A stretch of 64,000 bases of DNA from Octopus sinensis (GCF_006345805.1 NC_043009.1:8494001-8558000), one strand, 5' to 3'. Counted from the first letter of the stretch, positions 24,078 to 37,003 are shown. Notes: generated by a model not told the origin, from the sequence alone. Program-made: numbers and translations.

Positions 24078-24829
24078 GTACATACATATATATAAATGGT
24101 ATAAATGAACATTTATCAAGTAATGGAACACAGCACACACTGGATTTATATATATATATATATAAATCCCTTGGGTGTTGGACAGATTAGTTTCTTGTGA
24201 ATGTTGGCAGTGCTTTGGATTTCTATAGAATGACTTGAATTCTGTATTGAATGTAGAATTTTGTACTTCCTCTGGCTAAATGGCAGATTATATATATATA
24301 TCATTTTACTTCTTTCAGTCATTAGACTGTGACCATGTTGGAGCACTGCCTTAAAGAATTTTCAGTCAAATTAATTGACCTGACTACTTAGACTAGCAGT
24401 CTCTTTTGCCAAACTGCTAAGTTACCAGTACTGAGGGACAAACACTGATACACACACACACACACATGTATCTATATCTATATATATATAAACGGCAAAA
24501 TGTCTGTGTGTGTGTATCCTTTATACAAATCCACAATTTTTCAGTTAGAGAGCTTGCATTTTCTATGGTCATTCAAAACCGTCCAAGGGTGGTCGTGCAC
24601 ATCTTTACATTTCCCCAGAAGTGACTTTTTTGTGAATTTTCTATCCAAAATCCAATCAAAATGCCCGAAACTTGATATGCCAATTGAATGCCAGCTAGCT
24701 GTATGTGATTGGTCAGAGATTTGGACAGTACTCGCGTGTATGTGTGCATGCATGCAGCTGTATATGCATGCACTAGCACTATGACCCAGCGTTGCTGGGT
24801 TATAGTGCTAGTATATATATATATATATA

Positions 24830-24990
24830 TGTGACAGACTTCTTTCAGTTTCCATCTACCAAATCCACTCACAAGGCTTTGATCGGCCCAAGGCTGTAGT
24901 AGAAGACATTTGTCCAATGTGCCATGCAATGGGATTGAACCTGGAACCATGTGGTTGGGAAGCAAGCTTCTTACCATGCAGCCATGCCTG
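24830..24990 (-). mobile_element. SINE family B head
   Basis: Reverse complement reads GGCATGGCTGCATGGTAAGAAGC..GGTTCCAGGTTCAATCCCA. Confidence 0.75.
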
Positions 24991-25189
24991 AACTTGTGTG
25001 TGTGTCTGTATGTGTGAATTTATAAGTATGCATATGTTGCACTATTGTGAATTGATAGTGCACTTTTATATTTCTCACAGTTGACTGACTTCAAACTAAA
25101 CCACATTAAGACTGAGGGAACAATACTTCAGGTTCTGCCTAGTAAATACAAATACAGTAGTTTTCACATCTGTAATTTTGGTGTAAGAG

Positions 25190-25755
25190 GCCAGTCAATT
25201 AGATCGACCCCAGTACACATCTGGTACTTAATTTATCGACCCTGAAAGAGTGAAAGGCAAAGTCGACCATGGCAGAATTTGAACTAAGAATGTAAAGACA
25301 AACGAAATACCACTAAGCATTTCGCCCAGCATGCTAACGTTTCTCATTTCTTTATTGCCCACAAGGGGCTAAACATAGAGGGAACAAACAAGGACAGACA
25401 AAGGGATTAAGTCGATCACATCAACCCCAGTGCATAACTGGTACTTAATTTATCGACCCCGAAAGGATGAAAGACAAAGTCGACCTCGGCGGAATTTGAA
25501 CTCAGAGCTTAACAGCAGACGAAATACCTATTTCATTACTACCCACAAGGGGCTAAACACAGAGAGAACAAACAAGGACAGCCAAATGGATTAAGTTGAT
25601 TACATTGACCTCCGTGCATAACTGGTACTTAGTTTATTGACCCTGAAAGGATGAAAGTCGACCTCGACAGAATTTGAACTCAGAACGTAACGGCAGACGA
25701 AATATTGCTAAGCATTTCACCCGGCGTGCTAACATTTCTACCAGCTCACCACCTT
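25190..25755 (-). mobile_element. SINE family A trimer
   Basis: Three successive ATTTGAACT B-box complements (about 25278, 25495, 25672) with repeated body sequence. Confidence 0.85.
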
Positions 25756-26273
25756 CCTGCACATATGCAATATTGTGAGTTCAAAAGCTTCACTCAACAA
25801 AGATTATCTACACAACTATTTAACTCCATTTAAGTGTGTTTAAAATCTTAAAAAAGCAATAAAATCAGTTGATTTGAAATGTTAGACAATATAGACAGTA
25901 CATACTTGTGTAGACATGGCCTTTAAGGCCAACCAGCGAGAGAAACAGGAAGGTTTCAGTCTTATTAAACTTCCTCAGCAAAGTATATCCTAATCAGTTG
26001 GTGGCAAGGGTGATCGATATCTAGTCATATGCATGTGTGTGTTGTTTGTATATATACATATTTATATTTGTATGTATGTGTATATATATTCTTTTATTAA
26101 TTCAGTTATTTGACTGCAGCTATGCAGAAACACTGTTTTGAAGGGGTTTTTTAGTCAAACAAATCGACCACAGGATTTATTTTTTAAAGACTACTGCTTA
26201 TTTTGTTGCTCTCTTTTGCTGAACTGCTAGTTTACAAGGACAAACACAGACACAAAGACATCCACACGTAGAT

Positions 26274-26311
<38 letters not shown>

Positions 26312-26361
26312 TATATATAGATATATATACATACACATACACTCAAACACACACATATATA

Positions 26362-26505
26362 TGATGGGCTTCTTTCAGTTTCCATCTACCAAATCCACTC
26401 ATGAGGCTTTGGTCGGCCTGAGGCTATAGCTGAAGACACTTGCCCAAAGTGCCACACAATGGAACTGAACCTGGAACCATGTGGTTGGGAAGCAAGCTTC
26501 TTGCC
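26362..26505 (-). mobile_element. SINE family B head, directly abutting the PLE 3' end
   Basis: Reverse complement of GGTTCCAGGTTCAGTTCCATTGTGTGGCACTTTGGGCAAGTGTC. Confidence 0.8.
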
Positions 26506-26651
26506 TCTGCCTATATACATATATTGTATAAAGGTTCGTGGGTAAGGCCAGAACAATGCGAAGTAAAAGCAAGGCAAATCACAAGGAAACAAATATATGA
26601 ACTGATATAGACTCACCTTGCATACAATATTTCAGGGTTATGACCTCATCC

Positions 26652-26960
26652 TCAAGAAATTAATGAATCTTGCAGATGTGCATGTGTGTGAGTGTGTGGA
26701 GTGGACATGTGCAGAAAGTTGTTGCTATAGCAACCAGCTAGCTTCCCATAACTTTCTTCTGTTGTTAATGGTTGACTACCTTTGGTGTATGAGGATGGCC
26801 ACGGGGATTCTAGGGTTACCCCTGTTGCGCTGTGTTGTTCTGATGTGCATTGTTCCTTTATGTGTATATGCAGTTTTCTTGTTGTGCTCCCTATGTAGGA
26901 TGTACCACATTTGCCACAGATGATCTCATATACAACATAGGTCCTCTGGCACATTTCAGG
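26652..26960 (-). pseudogene. PLE GIY-YIG endonuclease fragment
   Basis: YVVYEIICGKCGTSYIGSTTRKLHIHIKE matches the PLE GIY-YIG pattern (VVY..C..C...YIG.T.R). Confidence 0.85.
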
Positions 26961-27498
26961 GTCATTGATGGGGCTGTTTGATAATGTGCACTCCTTGGAG
27001 TAGTGAAAGGTGTTGTTTGTGGACAGAGCTTTTCTCAGGGATGGGCCAGTGTGCACTATCTGTATGTCGAGTCCTTCGCTGCGGACTGCGTGTCGTATTG
27101 CTGCAGTTGTTCTGTCATCAAAATGTGGTTGCTTTAGGGAGCATGTGCTGGACTTGGGACTATAAGGGTTCTTCCGGGGTTTATTGACCCTGGTGTTCTT
27201 TATGCGCTGTTGTTTGGCTAAAGATGGTGGTTAGCCAATCAGGGTTAGGTCTTTGGGGAACTGCTTGGTGTTGATGGCTTTGTTGGTCACTGCGCTGCAA
27301 TTGTTATTTATATGTGCAATCTCGTTTCTCACGTATGCAGCTTTGACTCTGGTGGGTGAGGCTGATTGCTAGTGGATGAAAAGTTTTCTGCTAGCAGCTT
27401 TTCTGGTAAATATGGAGCCTTTCTCTGTGATCTTGAGTTGAAAGTTGACAAGACAGAGAGTTCCAGATTCGTCTGGATGTTCAATCTAAATTTGACAT

Positions 27499-28083
27499 TT
27501 ATGTCGATGTTATTGAAGATCCGGTGTATGTTAATGGTCTCATCCCTGAAGACATGATGATAAGGATGTCATCAACATACCTGGAGAAGAAGATGCATGA
27601 GCGACAGGTGTTGAGTGCTGTACGTTCTAGCTTATCCATGTATGTGATGGCCAGCAGGCCTGGAAGGCTAGATCCCGTAGGTAGGGTGGAAGTTTGTTTG
27701 TAAATGACACCGTTATATTGGAAATAGGTGTGTCTGAGGTGTGAGGCTGGAGGTTGATGGAGGTGGGAGATGAAGGGGGAAAATGGAGAAGAGGAGGTTG
27801 CAGGGGAGGGAGGAAAAGATGAGGAAGGAGGTGGAGGAAGGAGATGTGGGGGAGATAAGGAAGTGATGTGGTCTATGAGGATATCGTCGGCTGAGAGAGC
27901 GGGTACAAAGATGTAGAGGGAAACTACGTCTAAACTAAAAGGGTATTTATTAGTTTTAAGAATGGAGGGGTTGATATCTTTGAGCCTTGTTTTCGTGGGA
28001 GCTGCTGACGTGTCCAGGGAATGCATGTAGTAAGGACTTAAGGAGTTTAGAGAGGAGCCAAGAAATCTTATAGAAAGGGCCAT
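27499..28083 (-). pseudogene. PLE reverse transcriptase core fragment
   Basis: SLDVVSLY..FQYNGVIYKQTSTLPTGSSL..ITYMDKLE..FFSRYVDDILII; frameshifts and stops around it. Confidence 0.88.
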
Positions 28084-28749
28084 TAATTCTTGATACTATG
28101 GGTCTGATTTTAAGCTTAAGTCCGGGTTTGTGGGTTTTTATTAAATGACAGAAGGATGGAAGGGTGGTGTTTTTAGATGTGTAGTTTAGTCTAGTCTTCT
28201 TAGAGAGTTTCCTTTGGTGACAGATGTTGCTCCAGCTGGTGTTGATGGTGGACTCCAGTTGGTGAGGTGTGATGTTGTGAACCTTTTCATATAGTGTGGT
28301 TTCACTGAGGTGTTCGATAGCTAGTTTGTTGTAGTTGGGTTTGTCTATAATGCAAAATTCTTTCCTTTTGTCTGAAGGTAGGTAGATGGAGGTGGAAATA
28401 GCACAGAAGTAAGTCTAAGACATTTCAATTTAAGAGGGAATTTAATAAAAATGATTTTTAAAAATTATTATATAAAGAAAATATTACCAGTTTTAATGAA
28501 TCCCATCTTATCAAATATCAGTAAAAATTTATAAAAATTTGTAGTAAAAACAGTTTATCTTCTGTCTGGGGGTCAAGAACATGTCTGGAGATTTTTCATT
28601 GAAGTCTTCTTTAAATATAGCTTGGTATAGAGTTCAAAGTGTTGAAGAGTGTCTATTGTCTAAAAGAAATCTTTGTATGCTCCTGCCAAGGGAGTGGCTA
28701 AAAAGCATTTTTTGAATGGGTTTTATGTCCACCTGTGTGTGTCTGTGTA

Positions 28750-29000
28750 TTGTGTTGAATGTCCAATCTCACCTGCAACATGGAAAACCTGATCTATGTA
28801 ATCACATACAATGGTTGCCAACATAATTACATAGGTCAGACAGGTGAATCATTATGCAAAAGAATGACAACCCATTGCCAACAGATCCAAGACAAAAGCA
28901 CAAGGAAAATTCTTTTAAGCAGTCACATTGCAACCTGTGTAGGAATGTTCTTACTAAATTTCAGAATATTTTGCCTCTACGAGTGCTCAGATTCCAATCT
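28750..29000 (+). pseudogene. GIY-YIG endonuclease fragment of a second PLE family
   Basis: NLTCNMENLIYVITYNGCQHNYIGQTGESLCKRMTTHCQQI..LSSHIATC. Confidence 0.85.
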
Positions 29001-29629
29001 GATTCATGCTGATCTCTGCATATGTAATTAAAGAGAGAGCGGGAGAAAGAGAGTGGGTGAGAGAGAGAGAGAGAGAGAGTAAAGACAGAATATCTTGACA
29101 CTGATTACGTGTCAAGACAATATGGGGAGGATGAAAACATCTTAGAGAATTTGTTTTACATACGAAACACAAATAGGATAGGATACTACATGTGTAATAC
29201 AATGAGTTGAAAAATTTGACCAACTGAAATTATCCAAGCAATTAGTAGGCAGAAACTCACTCTAGTGGTGGTTAAAATCTTAAAAAACAACAAGCAAAAG
29301 AAATAATACACTCCTGCAGTTTACTGAAGGATCCAATGATTGCAACAGAAGAAACAGTATACATTGGTATTCTCTAAGATGATGTAACAACTAATATTTC
29401 CAGTAAAATTTCTGTGAGGAATTTTCCCTGTAAAGGACGCTATCAATACATTAATATTTAATCCATCTCACAACACACAACTCTTCTTTATTTTCATTTT
29501 CAACCTGATTCCTGCTGATCTCTAATCTACCAATTCTAGTGAAAATCTTTAGATGGGGTTGCTTCATATTCTTTTACACTGACCAGTGTTTTTTTCAATT
29601 CTATGAATTGATGGGACAATGATTTGGGG

Positions 29630-29880
29630 TACTATGGGCCTGATTTTAAGCTCAGGTCCAAGTTTGCGGGTTTTTATTAAATAATAGAAGGATTGAAGGG
29701 TGGTGTTTTTAGATATGTAGTTCAGTCTAGTCTTCTTAGAGAGTTTCCTTTAGTGACAAATGTTGCTCCAGCTGGTGTAGATTGTGTTTTTTTCTCTGTT
29801 AGGTGAGTTGATCTGAGATAGGGCAGAGTTTGCTGTTTTTGAGGAGTTGATTTGGGCTTAAAGAATTGAGCTGGTTACAT
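29630..29880 (-). mobile_element. Second copy of the PLE RT N-terminal region
   Basis: 29630-29780 aligns with 28095-28250; encodes FYYLIKTRKLGPELKIRPIV. Confidence 0.8.
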
Positions 29881-30751
29881 GAAGCCAATTGTACTGAATA
29901 AGTATAAACATCTTTATTCTAGAAAGCATAAAAACAAAACCTGGGACTAATTATATGGTTATCAAAAAATATTAATCATTGGTTTATATTTTTTTCTATT
30001 GATTTCTATTTTTCTTTTTTCTTTTTTTGGAAAGTATGGGAGATAAATCTAGATAAGTTTCTGTTTAATTAAAACCTTATCTGCTGAAGTAGTGTGGGAA
30101 GAATCATTCTGTAAAGATACAAGAATGTGTACAGGCAAATGTAAAAAAAAAAAAAGTAGTTGATGAGGTCAAAATAAAGTTCAAAACTATCCAGAATTAT
30201 CTCTCTTCCTTACTGAAACTATATTATTTCGTATCTCATTGTGTAATTATTTCTATTTAGCTTTTGAATACTCTCTACATTAAATATGTTAATACTAACT
30301 TAACTGTTGTTTTTCATGTGAATGGCTTCACTGAATAATTTATTTTCTAAACAATTGTTATTTAGTTTAAATTGTTTTTGACAAATTTACTTTCTGAAAA
30401 GATATTTATAGAGACAGTGCAAGATGAAGAGAGAGAGTAAAGTGGAATGTTCTGGAGAGGAAGATTTAGCGAAAGCATTTACGAGACAGTCAAAGTAGTG
30501 AGTTAAAGAAGAGACTGGAATTGAGAGAGAGAGAGAGAGAGAGAAAGAGAAGGAAGTGGGATGGGGTGGGGAGAAGTAGAACTGCTACGTTCAAGTGAAA
30601 CAGCATATAAAAGGCAAATTCAATATAACAAGAAGTCTGGTTTTAATATTATGACAGTAGCTGATAGAAGAAAGGACACTTTGACACTTGGTTAGATATT
30701 AAAAGCAATTCTATAAAAAAAATTACATTGCTATATTCTGTATTATATTAA

Positions 30752-31013
30752 CCCTTTCATCGACAAATTTCTAATGAAATACATGATGATGTGTTTCAAT
30801 TAATATTTTTGTAAATAATCAAGAATTTGGATGAGTTTAATAAATAAACAATCTTCTCCGTTATTAAGCTGGAGTTTGGTGAGCAATTTAACAAAAGGTT
30901 CCTCCATAAAATTATGATTGGAAGGTTTTAATGTAGATATAAACTCTTTAAAACTGGAAATTTTGTATCACAAAGCAAGGATCAATTTAAAGGCAGAATA
31001 GTAATTAAATGGG
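30752..31013. mobile_element. piggyBac-like MITE, degenerate
   Basis: TTAA-CCCTTTCAT left end; GTAATTAAATGGG-TTTAA right end. Confidence 0.5.
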
Positions 31014-31593
31014 TTTAAGGGAACTTGGATAAGCAAATCAATAAGGATGTCAGGAAGTCAAACAATAAGTCAATGGTTTACATCTTGGCCCTGGAACTCT
31101 ATTGTGCCAGTATACAGGGTACTTAGCTTTCAGGTTTCAAGACCACTGAGTTCTATCTAAATTGTTGATGTTTATAGTACCATTCAGTCTTGATCAAGCA
31201 GACCCATGGTCAAAGGCATTCCAGCCTTGACCATCTCACCTTTTATTTAGATTCAGTTATCTAGGATTATATTATCCAATGTGACCTCATGTATCACTGT
31301 ACAATGTGACTTGAGGAAGATTTGGCTACTATTTCTAGCAGGTTTAACAACAATATACAGGTTTCTTGATCGCCCAGGACTTGTGATCAGAGATGATGAA
31401 ATTTGTTGTTATTCTGTTGCTTAAATCCACTTTAATGAAGCAGATCTGTGATCAAAATCCATCTCTGCTTTTATTCAGACATGGTAATATACAGGACTAC
31501 AAGTATCTCATATATCCTTCATTTTCTAAGATCATAGAGTAGTATTTGTGAGAGATTTTGGCTACTATTTCTAGTTTGAGTGCTCATGTAGAG

Positions 31594-32219
31594 CAGTGGT
31601 CCACATGGCCCTTGGGGGTTCGTATAAGATTTTGTTAAAATTTATCTGCAATAAATCGATTATACTTCTACAATATACAAAATATTTAAACTAACTAGAC
31701 GTATGAGTGGCTGTGTGGTAAGTGGCTTGCTTACCAACCATATGGTTCCAGGTTCAGTCCCACTACATGGCACCTTGGGCAAGTGTCTTCTACTATAGCC
31801 TCAGGCCAACCAAAGCCTTGTGAGTGGATTTAGTAGATGGAAACTGAAAGAAGCCTGTTGTAAATATGTATATATGTGTGTTTGTGTGTCTGTGTTTGTC
31901 CCCCCAACATCACTTGACAACTGGTGCTGGTGTGTTTACGTCCCCGTAACTTAGTGGTTTGGCAAAAGAGACCGATAGAATAAGTACTGGGTTTACAAAG
32001 AATAAGTCCTGGGGTCGATTGTCTCGACTAAAGGTGGTGCTCCAGCATGGCCACAGTCACATGACTGAAACAAGTAAAAGAGTAACTTTTTATACAATTC
32101 TTATAGTATTTAATAATAAAAACACAATAGGATTTTTTTAATATTAAACAGCTAGGAGGGTCCATCTGAGTAAAACAGAATCATAGGGGTCCATAGCTCA
32201 GAAATGGATGAGAACCACT
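31594..32219. mobile_element. hAT (Charlie-like) MITE with a nested SINE
   Basis: CAGTGGT left end and GAGAACCACT right end; 8-bp TSD-like ATGTAGAG (31586-31593) / ATATAGAG (32369-32376, displaced by a SINE). Confidence 0.6.
31698..32083 (+). mobile_element. Full-length SINE family B
   Basis: GAGTGGCTGTGTGG A-box, GGTTCAGTCCC B-box, CACCTTGGGCAAGTG CORE-like segment, internal (TG)n, GAAACAAGTAAAAGAG end. Confidence 0.9.
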
Positions 32220-32368
32220 CTGCCGAGGTCGACTTTGCCTTTCATCCTTTCAGGGTCGATAAATTAAGTACCAGTTACGTATTGGGGTTGATGTAATTGA
32301 CTTAATCCGTTTGTCTGTCCTTGTTTGTCCCCTCTGTGTTTAGCCCCTTGTGGGTAGTAAAGAAATAG
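32220..32368 (+). mobile_element. Headless SINE family A
   Basis: GCCGAGGTCGACTTTGCC..CCCCTTGTGGGTAGTAAAGAAATAG. Confidence 0.85.
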
Positions 32369-33003
32369 ATATAGAGGCTTCCTCAGTAGCTTATATAAAT
32401 TTATTGCTGTAAAGAGCAGCTGGAGTGAGATGTGAGTTTGTAGTGTCTAATTCAGGTCCTCCTAAAGAAAAAAGGCCACGTGATAATTAATCAGGAACTA
32501 GAGTGTGATGTAAGAGATTTAGTTGCTGTTTCTAGCAAGTTATGTGATCACATAGAGGCTCCCTTGACTCATTGATTGATTAATTGCTTCACTTATATAT
32601 ATATATATGTGTGTGTGTGTGTATGATATTTTATCTTTCATCACATCAAAGTAATAAACTGTTAACTTGAGACTGACAGCAAGCCTCGTGTCTTTCACAC
32701 ACTTGTCTTACACCTTTCTTTATAATTTTAAAGCAAGCTGACACTTTTGTCTATAAACTAAAAATAGTGCTGAAGGAGACGATATTCTTTGAAGGTAGGA
32801 TTTTCAACAGAACTGAGTGTGTGGGTGATTTTGCAATGTAGTAGCTTCTGATTCCTGAGTTCAAATTGATGCTACCATTAGATTAATCAACCCCATGATG
32901 ACTGAATCAATGAGGGAGCCACTACACGGTCATTTGTCATGCTACAGGTAGCAACCAAATCACCAACGAATCAAACCTATTGTCTTAGAAAAGAGATGTC
33001 ATA

Positions 33004-33174
33004 GGCGCAGGAGTCGCTGCATGGTAAGTAGCTTGCTTACCAACCACATGGTTCTGGGTTCAGTCCCACTGTGTGGCACCTTGGGCAAGTGTCTTTTACT
33101 ATAGCCTCAGGTCAACATAAGCCTTGTGAGTCGATTTGGTAGACGAAAACTGAAAGAAGCCCATCATATATATG

Positions 33175-33205
<31 letters not shown>

Positions 33206-33405
33206 TTGTCCCCCCAACATCACTTGACAACCAATGCTGGTGTGTTTACATCCCCGTAACTTAGCAGTTCGGCAAAAGAGACTGATAGAATAAGTACTAG
33301 GCTTACAAAGAATAAGTCCTGGGGTCAATTTGCTCAATCGACTAAAGGCGGTGCTCCAGCATGGCTGCAGTCAAATGACTGAAACAAGTAAAAGAGTAAA
33401 GAGAG
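33004..33405 (+). mobile_element. Full-length SINE family B
   Basis: GGCGCAGGAG head through GAAACAAGTAAAAGAG tail. Confidence 0.9.
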
Positions 33406-33698
33406 AGTTAGATGATATAGTCTTGGATACAGTGTGTCTGGATAAAAGACAAAGATGGTTCATTCGGAACACTCAGAGCTGACTTAATAATAAAAAAAAA
33501 AACAACAGCAGCTACTTCACTGAATTATCAAATGTATGCATTTGATTAAAAGAAATTAATTTCAGAAATTACGTGTTTCATCCACACATTCAAATTTTGA
33601 TTTCTGTTTGAAGAGAGATTACAGTATTTTTACAATTTTCTTAGTTCCATCTAGAATGTGAAAACCAGATTGATTAATAGTGACGCTTAATGTTGTAC

Positions 33699-33784
33699 CT
33701 GGTTGTGCTAAGTGCAGGTGGACAAAGTAGCATCGACCAGATGCGACCATAATGCATAATGTCATATAACACCATAACCAAAGC
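33699..33784 (-). CDS. Candidate 86-nt internal exon, product unknown
   Basis: TTAATTCACCAG acceptor and CCAG|GTACAA donor; two open frames (ALVMVLYDIMHYGRIWSMLLCPPALSTT or LWLWCYMTLCIMVASGRCYFVHLHLAQP); non-repetitive. Confidence 0.3.
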
Positions 33785-35544
33785 CTGGTGAATTAACCAT
33801 ATCAGTCAGTGTTAAATAAGTAAAACAGTAAAATTTCCAGAAAACCAGCGACGTTCTGCTTTGGTAAAAAGTTAGAGAAATCAGCAGGATAAATGTCAAA
33901 CCATTTGACATTTCATCTCTCTCTCTCTCTCTCTCTTTCTTTTCTCTCTCCAATGAAGGATTTTTGTACAGAATGTTAGATTTCTCTTCTTGCTCATGCC
34001 ATAAAATTTATTCCACTGTTTGAACTATTTATATCAAAGTTAACTTTTCTTTGTTAATGTTTCTTTAATTTCAAACTAGCCTTGGCTTTAATGGGACTTC
34101 AAATTCATAATTATTGAGACAGTTGCTTTTACATCTGGGTGTTTTCAACCATAAATTATAAATTGATAAGGGGAGAATGTCATTGCTTTCCAGCTAGGCT
34201 CTGTAAGACAATTAGAGTAACGTGATTTGCTCAATTCCAAAAACGATAATTCCATCGCTTTCACATCATTTTCAACTCCTATAAGCAACCATTTATCAAG
34301 AGTTAACTGGAGTTTGTGTTGTCTAAAATCTAGCTGAAAAACCATCAGGACCATTACCATACAAAAAAATGCATAAACTTTATATTCTAGGTTCACAACC
34401 TATATTTGAAAACTTTGAGTATAGTACAGCTTCTTGAGTGGAATTTATTGAAAATTTAAATACATATATCAATCAAAACATAAGAGATGACAGATCAAAG
34501 TAACTGATTCCATTATACTGAGAGAATTAATGCATTTGTTGCATGCAAGAGAAATGCCAACATTGGTTCTGGTTCAAACATTTCATAGAACGTTTGATTG
34601 CATGCTGAATGAAAGAATATCATGTTCTTTAAATGGTAGCAAAAATATACCAGTAAAACAGTAGAAAACTGTGTTAAGATCATTTGGTCAATAGTTAATG
34701 TTGCTCAGATGAAGTAACAAAGGGGAGAGAGAGAGAGAGATTGTGTAGTAAAGTGGTGTTGCAGATTCATCTAACAAATGCAGAACTCAAATGGCACCCT
34801 CTCAAATATCAGTCCTCAGAATACAATTGCAGCAGGTTTATCTCCTTCTTAATTAGTAGCAGTAATGGATCTCCATCAGTGTCAGTGATGAGTGTTCAGT
34901 TCTTTGACTGACTGAACTACTTTTTTCATTCAATTAGGATGTAAAGGGCTGAACATTCCACAGACATATCTAACATTGATATAATTCTCAGACCAGATCT
35001 CAATGATACAATGTGACAAGGCTGATGCCTTAGATTTTTAGGGACAATCCTGGGAGAAAGAAAGGGGAGAAGATTCAAGCTTAATAATTTATCAACCCCC
35101 TGACAGTGTGAAAGGCAAAGTTGACCATAGCAGGATGTGAACTTAAGAGTGCAGCCGGACTTTTAAATTACAGGTACAATCCATTCAATAGGCTTCCATG
35201 CAGTTTCCATCTACCTAATTTCACTCACAAGGCTTGGGTTAACCTGAGGCTATGCTACAAGTCACTTGTCCAAGATACTATGCAGTGGGATTGAACCCAA
35301 AATCTTATGATTGTTAAGTGAACTTATTAACCATTTGGCCCTCATGGTTTCAGGTTCAGTCCCATTGTGCAGCATCTTGGGCAAGTGTCTTCTACTAGTG
35401 TATTTGGATGGCTGATGTCTTCTGAGTGAATATGGTAAACAGAAACTGTGGATACTGTGTGAAAGACTATCAAGGAGGTACTCTAGCATGGCCACAGTCT
35501 AATGATTGAAACAAAGTAAAAGGTAAAAAATGATGGTAAACATA

Positions 35545-35705
35545 GGCATAGGAGTGGCTGTGTGGTAAGTAGCTTGCTTACCAACCACATGGTTCCGGGT
35601 TCTGTCCCACTGCGTGGCACCTTGGTCAAGTGTCTTCTACTACTGCCTTGGGCCGACCAAAGCCTTGTGAGTGGATTTGGTAGATGGAAACTGAAAGAAG
35701 CCCGT

Positions 35706-35739
<34 letters not shown>

Positions 35740-35950
35740 AGTATATATTTGTGTGTCTGTGTTGTCCCCCCAACATCGCTTGACAACCAATGGTGGTGTG
35801 TTTACATCCCCCGTAACTTTGCGGTTCGGCAAAAGAGACTGATAGAATAAGTACTAGGCTTACAAAGAATAAGTCCTGGGGTCGATTTGCTCGACAAAAG
35901 GCGGTGCTCCAGTATGGCCACAGTCAAATGACTGAAACAAGTAAAAGAGT
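35545..35950 (+). mobile_element. Full-length SINE family B (young, CpGs retained)
   Basis: GGAGTGGCTGTGTGGTAAG..GGTTCCGGGTTC..GAAGCCCGTCG..GGCGGTGCTCCAG. Confidence 0.9.
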
Positions 35951-36864
35951 ATGCTGCTGCCACCAAAGTGGTGTCAACGCAAAGATATGTAGAAGCAAAT
36001 ACACACACAGAGAATACCATTTAGGGAAGATTGAACCAGAAAGTCTGTGGTTACATAGTGAACTTTTTAACTATACAACCATACCTGTTCCTCTTCACAC
36101 AGAGAATACATTTAAATGCATACAATTCCAAACCCCAAAATTAATTTCATCTCAGTAAATCAAAGGAAAAAATACATAAACATTAAAGTAATAAGAACTC
36201 ACCTTTACAAAGAAGCATCACTTACATCAATATCTCTGTACTATTTATCTATTATTGCAATACATTCTCGTATGAGAAGCAAATAAAATTCACTTCTCTG
36301 GTTTTAAAAAAAAAAATTACATTTTTCCATCATTTATTTTCAGTTATTATTAAACAATATATGTATTATTCAAATAAATAAATTATACAAAACACAATTA
36401 CTTATTTATATTTTATAAATTCATTTATTTCATTTATTTATTTATTTACTAATTTTGTTTATTCATTTGTAGTAACTTTCATGTTCTTTTCGTAACAGAA
36501 TCCTCGGAGGCTGTATTTAAAATATCGATATTAGATATATTAAACAATCAATATCACATAGTAACCTACTGATATAGAACTTAATCATGTCTATTTAACA
36601 AGAGATATTCTCCTATTTGTTCTGGTGATACATGCGTAGCAGCAGTGTTTAGCTAAGGATTCTGAACATTTTTAGCTGAGTTTACTTTCACTGATGCAGT
36701 CTTAGATCAAGCTATTTATTTAGATTCACAATACTACGTCTCTCTGTTGATAAAAGGATATTTTTATTGTACCAAACTATTTAATTGTGGAAAATTGGAT
36801 TTTGGTGTTTCCTCTGTACTTATGTGTATAAATATATATATGCAACCACACGTATGAAAACATA

Positions 36865-36868
36865 TGCA

Positions 36869-36926
<58 letters not shown>

Positions 36927-37003
36927 CATACATATGTATATATATATATTCACACACACACACACACACACACACAGATATATATATATATATAATATAT
37001 ATA

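Larger units (their letters stand above)
26560..28410 (-). mobile_element. Penelope-like retroelement, 5'-truncated and degenerate (RT + GIY-YIG)
   Basis: Minus-strand motifs in PLE order: LPSDK (PADKG-like), HLIKTHKPGLKLKIRPIVS, LDVVSLY, FQYNGVIYKQ, RYVDD, then VVYEIICGKCGTSYIGST. Confidence 0.9.

Noticed and set aside
34145-34399. 83-aa hydrophobic ORF as a standalone membrane protein
   Set aside because: No ATG start and no homology recognised; kept only as a possible micro-exon (34358-34399)
36203-36298. Minus-strand segment with strong donors (AAG|GTGAGT, GAT|GTAAGT) and a good acceptor
   Set aside because: All three frames contain stops; could be a non-coding or poison exon but unsupported
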